From an uncultured Victivallales bacterium (lineage in GTDB: Bacteria; Verrucomicrobiota; Kiritimatiellia; UBA8416; CAYSRM01), in the NCBI GenBank assembly GCA_964475205.1, contig CAYYVQ010000005.1, positions 6,158 through 70,157 on the forward strand: a stretch of 64,000 bases of DNA, given 5' to 3'. This document shows, piece after piece, positions 59,808 through 64,000 of this stretch. Below the pieces are notes generated by a model. The model was not told the DNA's origin. It worked only from the letters and a program-made list of their open reading frames with translations, and did not search any database. A program made the position numbers and the translations under genes. The first letter of the stretch is position 1. The number at the start of each line of letters is the position of its first letter.

Positions 59808-60788
59808 CTATGCCTCCAAACGTTCATTAGTGTCCGCCATCGGTTCAATTCCGAAATAAGGCGCCTCGTGTTCCGGCATTGGCCGATAGGCCGCTGCCAT
59901 GGTTTCTGCTAAAGCCGATTCGCGATCCGCGCTCCAGAAATGAGGATACAAGGTGCGTTCCTTCACCGAAGAGCCGCGACCGCCAACCCGTTTGACTTCG
60001 CGAGTCGGGATAGCCAGATCCAAGCACGCCAGAACGGCAGGCGCCCCCCCAACCCGCGGACACGTCTGTTGGGCGCCGCTCATTTCGAAACCCAGGGTCC
60101 GTTTATAATATTTCAGATGCCGCGGATGCACCTCAATCATGAAATCGGTATAGCCGCGCACACCTTTCGCGTAAATGTAGATCAAGTTGAAAAGCCGCAA
60201 GAGTACTTCGCGCGAATCCTTGCAATCCTTGTGCAACGCAAGCCGCGTCACCTCCGCCATGTACCGGCCCCTGGCGCGCATGCGGTTTGTCTCAGCGCGA
60301 TAAATCTCGTCACAGGGCAACCCCTTGTCAGAATCGAACACCAGCGAAACTGTGCCAACTATCGACCCGTTCTGGTCTTCGGCAAATATAGTAAAGGTTT
60401 CAGGCCCGGCATCGTAGGGCGATACCACCATGCCTGAATCGGCCTGCGCCAGCGAAACGCCGCTGTATATCTCATGGGCAAACCGATATACCCGTTCGCG
60501 ACTAACAATATCCGACGCCACGCTAAACCGGTAAACATCGCCCGAAACAGTCGCGATTTCAGTGATAAGTCCATCATCTTCACGTTCAATCCAGGGCATC
60601 TGCGTGGTCTCACACGGATCGGCCGGCAAAGAATTCCCAGCCTGTTGCCGCGTTATGCATATCCAGGAGTCCAGCTTCAAAGCCTTACCTTTTATTTCTG
60701 AACGACATTTCCCGTACCCCATCCTGGCCGGTTCGGCGCATTCTACTGTAAATTCGGCATTGTTCATCTTTTCTGATATGTCTTTCAT
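59808..60788 (-). CDS. autoinducer-synthase-fold GNAT acyltransferase resembling FeeM-type long-chain N-acyl amino acid synthases
   Basis: YRFSVASDIVSRERVYRFAHEIY, MAEVTRLALHKD, and the C-terminal EVHPRHLKYYKRTLGFEM (the PRH..FY.R.LGF pattern of N-acyl amino acid synthases). Start at MKDISEK with a GGAGGGG SD. The ORF-track start at 60989 is an over-extension. Confidence 0.5.
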   Translation of the reverse strand: MKDISEKMNNAEFTVECAEPARMGYGKCRSEIKGKALKLDSWICITRQQAGNSLPADPCETTQMPWIEREDDGLITEIATVSGDVYRFSVASDIVSRERVYRFAHEIYSGVSLAQADSGMVVSPYDAGPETFTIFAEDQNGSIVGTVSLVFDSDKGLPCDEIYRAETNRMRARGRYMAEVTRLALHKDCKDSREVLLRLFNLIYIYAKGVRGYTDFMIEVHPRHLKYYKRTLGFEMSGAQQTCPRVGGAPAVLACLDLAIPTREVKRVGGRGSSVKERTLYPHFWSADRESALAETMAAAYRPMPEHEAPYFGIEPMADTNERLEA

Positions 60789-60820
60789 CACATCCCCTCC
60801 CGAAATATTATCCGCCTCGC

Positions 60821-60872
60821 ATGAAAATTGCGTCTCTTCAGCCCTATATGGTCGGAAAACGTCAAGTGTCAC
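60821..60872 (-). promoter_or_regulatory. conserved promoter-like motif copy 2, ~55 nt upstream of the NAS-like gene start
   Basis: See 58550-58600. Confidence 0.55.
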
Positions 60873-60924
60873 AGAAAAAGGGCGAATGGCGCCGGGGATA
60901 CGGTGGTTGTTGGGGCGGCAAAGG

Positions 60925-62427
60925 TTATTTGACGCTGGAAAGGAGCATTTCAGGATGCATAACCAGGGCTTCTTTCGAGTCGAAAGCAAGCGTTGAACTT
61001 TTCACGGGGAAAACCCTGATCTGAGTGAATTGCGCAATCAAATCTTCTGCGGACAGCCACAGGGCAAAAGATGGCCCGGGCATCTTGAGCGTGGCAGACC
61101 CGAAATACATAAGCTTATCTTCCTGCCAGTAGGTCTTTTTAAAGACTTTGCCCGCGCCCCTTGATCGTGCATCCACAGCATACTCGATTTTCCCGATCTG
61201 CCACTTGTTTGGAGAAATACGGGGTTTCTTCTGTCTATAAAGCTGTTTCCATTTTGCGCTTTCTCCTGTTACACAGGACACATCTATCCTGGACATATTT
61301 TTTGTTTCTGTTGCACGGGAACCGAATGTGACCACAAATCGATCAACATCAATACTTTGCTTGCAAACCAGGTTAATCCACCCCTTGACGCCACGGGCAT
61401 CGATCTCAACCGATTTCTGTTTTTTTCCGTCCCTCATCACATCCACAATACGGATCCGGCTTTTCTCCGCCTCCGGCAGTTCATGAGCAACCCCGTCTCT
61501 TTTCTCCCAATACGGCTTCCATTGGGCAATCCCCGAACTGAAATCCTCAACAAAGATCGGCTTTCCAAAGACCGTTGCATGCCCCCGCTTGTCGGAAACC
61601 ACAAGTTCGGAGGCATGAACCATCAATGCTTCGTTGTTGTCCGTTTGCCATCGCATGCTTCCTTCCGTAACATGCAGTCTTGAGAATTCCTCCATAGAAG
61701 ACATCGCGAACCTGGTGCCGACCACTGTGGCGTTACCGTGTCCGGTCCCGACAACCATAGGCTTGCCCGGTTTTTGTTCCATAACGGACGCCGCCAGAGA
61801 GCCCTTTTTCAAGAACAGCCGCTTCTCCCCTTCGCTCGACACCTGACATCTGACGGAAGAGACTTTCCTGATCTCGACAACGGTGTTCCCCCTGTCCATA
61901 GCCAGGGAAACCCGTCCATCCCCTGCGGTTTCAAGCCAGCAGCCCCGGCGCCATAATTCATCGGTAAGGGTTGAAACAATATTGCCATCAAGATCCCTTA
62001 AGGTAACGGTTCCCTGCCGCGCCTTTAGCGTTACATTGCCGGTAACAGATTCAATGCCCTCCGCAGCGAACCAGATTCCAGCGCCGACAACCAGTAGCAC
62101 ACCGGCTGCCATCGCAAGCAGCGGATAGAGTTTTAATGATCTGCGCGACGCGCGTTTCTTTACATGATCCATTACACTTGCTTGAAACTCCGACCCCGGC
62201 AAATCCTGCTCCTGCTTGAGATCCGCCACCCTCTGCCTGACCCGGCTTTCGAAATCAGTCCTGTCGCACATGAGCAGTCGTCCAAGCAGGTCGTCGACAG
62301 AAAGCAGCTCATGCAATCGGCCTGACAATTCGGGATCCTTTTTCAAGTCCTCGATCAGTATAGCCAGCTCCTCCCCGGAAAGACTGTCCCGATCCTCAAT
62401 GAATTTTGCCACAACTTCACTATTCAT
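60925..62427 (-). CDS. FecR-domain anti-sigma factor (single TM helix, large periplasmic domain)
   Basis: N-terminal anti-sigma region, TM LLAMAAGVLLVVGAGIW, FecR-like domain. Overlaps the ECF sigma gene by 8 nt. Confidence 0.7.
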   Translation of the reverse strand: MNSEVVAKFIEDRDSLSGEELAILIEDLKKDPELSGRLHELLSVDDLLGRLLMCDRTDFESRVRQRVADLKQEQDLPGSEFQASVMDHVKKRASRRSLKLYPLLAMAAGVLLVVGAGIWFAAEGIESVTGNVTLKARQGTVTLRDLDGNIVSTLTDELWRRGCWLETAGDGRVSLAMDRGNTVVEIRKVSSVRCQVSSEGEKRLFLKKGSLAASVMEQKPGKPMVVGTGHGNATVVGTRFAMSSMEEFSRLHVTEGSMRWQTDNNEALMVHASELVVSDKRGHATVFGKPIFVEDFSSGIAQWKPYWEKRDGVAHELPEAEKSRIRIVDVMRDGKKQKSVEIDARGVKGWINLVCKQSIDVDRFVVTFGSRATETKNMSRIDVSCVTGESAKWKQLYRQKKPRISPNKWQIGKIEYAVDARSRGAGKVFKKTYWQEDKLMYFGSATLKMPGPSFALWLSAEDLIAQFTQIRVFPVKSSTLAFDSKEALVMHPEMLLSSVK

Positions 62428-62947
62428 GGATCATCCCCCGGCTCATATTATCCTGGATGCACTCCCGGAGACTTTCGCGGATCCGCAGCATCGCCATACG
62501 CACAGCGCCGGCTTTCATGTCTACAACGCGTGAAATCTCCTGCGCATTCAAATTTTTCTCGTATTTCAGTGATATAAGTTTTCGACTGCTTTCCGAGAGT
62601 TTCTGAAGACATACCTTGAGACTCTCGAACGCGCCTGCAAAGAGAGATGGCTCCCCGGAAGTCTCTGCCTCTGAAAGCAGTTCAGCGATGGCCTCGTAGC
62701 GCCTGGCCTGTTTCCTTTTTGTCTTGCGAAAATGGTTCATGCACAGGTTACGGGCAATGCCCTTCAGCCATCGAATCGGTATAGTGTCTTCAGGCATCTT
62801 GTGCATGCCCTTGTAGAAGGCCACGTAAACCTCCTGGGCGATATCATCAACCTCGTCCGAAGACACTCCCAGTCCGGCAATGTAAGCGCGCACCATGTGC
62901 TGGCTTTCACTTAGAATCTGCTCAAATTTTTCAAGGTCTTGCTTCAT
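62420..62947 (-). CDS. ECF-subfamily RNA polymerase sigma-70 factor
   Basis: Sigma-2 region (DIAQEVYVAFYKG) and sigma-4 region (LNAQEISRVVDMKAGAVRMAMLRIRESL). Confidence 0.85.
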   Translation of the reverse strand: MKQDLEKFEQILSESQHMVRAYIAGLGVSSDEVDDIAQEVYVAFYKGMHKMPEDTIPIRWLKGIARNLCMNHFRKTKRKQARRYEAIAELLSEAETSGEPSLFAGAFESLKVCLQKLSESSRKLISLKYEKNLNAQEISRVVDMKAGAVRMAMLRIRESLRECIQDNMSRGMIHE

Positions 62948-62953
62948 AATGCT

Positions 62954-63199
62954 TTAGCCTACCATTGCTTGTTGCGGGTAACAACCTGCAAATTCAGCGC
63001 TCTCCGTGAGTAATCTTATGATGTGTTCCTGTATCCAGTTAGAAGCTTTTGAAACGAGCGCCCAGGCTCTGCGGCGAAGTTCCAGGGTATCGGCTATTAC
63101 AACTTCATATTCATTGCAATTTCCAAACGTATATCGGCCGGAAACCGGCCATTTTACTGGAATCCCTGTCGAATATTGGACTGTTTTTAACGCCTTCAT
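62954..63199 (-). CDS. possible small ORF (82 aa) or long leader immediately downstream of motif copy 3
   Basis: The ATG lies directly after the conserved GGGTG of the motif. No SD, no recognisable domain. Confidence 0.2.
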   Translation of the reverse strand: MKALKTVQYSTGIPVKWPVSGRYTFGNCNEYEVVIADTLELRRRAWALVSKASNWIQEHIIRLLTESAEFAGCYPQQAMVG

Positions 63200-63240
63200 C
63201 ACCCTTATATGGACAAAAAGCAGCAAGTGTCACAAAACCA
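63199..63240 (-). promoter_or_regulatory. conserved promoter-like motif copy 3, heading the small-ORF / ECF sigma / anti-sigma unit
   Basis: See 58550-58600. Confidence 0.5.
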
Positions 63241-63290
63241 ACGAAAAAAAGCTTAAAAAAGATTGGTTGACACAAGACCGACCGGTCGGT

Positions 63291-63896
63291 ATGTTTAAAG
63301 CCATGAGTTCTAATAGTCATAAATCCAGCACAGGACGCGAAGAAAGAATTGCATCTTATGTGCATAAGGCTACCGGCTTGTTTGCGGCAAAAGGGTATCG
63401 ACAGGTGGGAGTTCAGGAAATTATTGATTGTCTTGGGCTCAGCAAGGGTGGATTTTATTGCTATTTTTCGTCCAAGGAGGATTTCTACATACAGATATGC
63501 AAGGCGCATTGTTCTGCAAACAGGCAACTTTTTGCAAATCTCTTGGATGGAAAGCAGCTTTGCCCTGAGACCATCCGGACAACGGCAGTTGCTCTGCTGG
63601 AATGGTTTCTGGATCATCCGGTGCAAATTCGCCTTATGATAGATTTTCACAATGAAAGCGATTCAGATGAAATCAGGAATGAACTCAAACGCCTCAATAA
63701 TGAGTGGATTAAAGTTATAACTTCGCTTGTTAACGCCTGCCGTGAGCATGGTTTTATATCCAACGCCATGCCTTCAGAAATGATAGCCCGCCAGTATATT
63801 GCTTTTTTTACGGGGTTATTGCTGCTTTCCGCGGTTTACCGTGAGAAAGAACGGATACTTAAACAATGGGAAACTTTCCTGGACTCTTTTTTGTGA
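63291..63896 (+). CDS. TetR/AcrR family transcriptional regulator, divergent from the ECF sigma unit
   Basis: HTH YRQVGVQEIIDCLGLSKGGFYCYFSSKEDF. Start at MFKAM or MSSN (63291/63303), and the ORF-track start at 63006 is an over-extension. Confidence 0.8.
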   Translation: MFKAMSSNSHKSSTGREERIASYVHKATGLFAAKGYRQVGVQEIIDCLGLSKGGFYCYFSSKEDFYIQICKAHCSANRQLFANLLDGKQLCPETIRTTAVALLEWFLDHPVQIRLMIDFHNESDSDEIRNELKRLNNEWIKVITSLVNACREHGFISNAMPSEMIARQYIAFFTGLLLLSAVYREKERILKQWETFLDSFL

Positions 63897-64000
63897 AGAA
63901 GGCGCAGTGACCCGGGACAGGGACAGAATATAAGATGAAAGAAAGAATACTGAAACTTCTGAAACAAATACTCTGGCACAGGAAAACAACCACCGGCGTT

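Noticed and set aside
14-63896. N-terminal extensions in the ORF track (e.g. 2804, 7974, 8074, 31702, 47418, 59550, 60989, 63006) and TTG/GTG-initiated ORFs
   Set aside because: Internal ATGs with Shine-Dalgarno sequences and family-typical N-termini were preferred. Upstream portions overlap repeats or neighbouring genes.

Overview
A 64-kb bacterial chromosomal segment of roughly 55% GC with genes on both strands. About 50 protein-coding genes are supported. They include housekeeping genes (aroG, frr, pyrH, fabH, hldD, a heptose adenylyltransferase, mgtE, mntP, a PurC-family gene), carbohydrate-active enzymes (GH31, GH2), three tandem M42 peptidases, a TonB-dependent receptor, a Ser/Thr kinase, a tri-domain acyl-AMP ligase/ACP/acyltransferase, one tRNA-Pro(UGG) gene and two HUH/Y1 (RAYT, IS200-like) transposase genes, one of which is a pseudogene. 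The most striking property is the density of short TIR-bounded MITE-like repeats in the intergenic space: at least five families and more than 15 copies or fragments, including a nested insertion at 5.7-6.2 kb. Many long ORFs in the supplied track are artefacts of these repeats. The most interesting candidate system is at 55.9-63.9 kb on the minus strand. An ECF sigma / FecR anti-sigma pair (with a divergent TetR gene) heads a run of genes for a FeeM-type N-acyl amino acid synthase-like GNAT, a SAM methyltransferase, a ThiF-family E1-like enzyme and a stand-alone FabH. Three of these transcription units are each preceded by a copy of the same ~45-nt promoter-like motif. Other notable spots are an integration-scarred tRNA-Pro locus next to a TIR-bounded RAYT element, a conserved ~60-nt structured motif present twice, and a pair of an HprK-like P-loop protein with a PurC-family gene. 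All coordinates for non-ORF features were placed by hand from the printed sequence and may be off by 1-2 nt.
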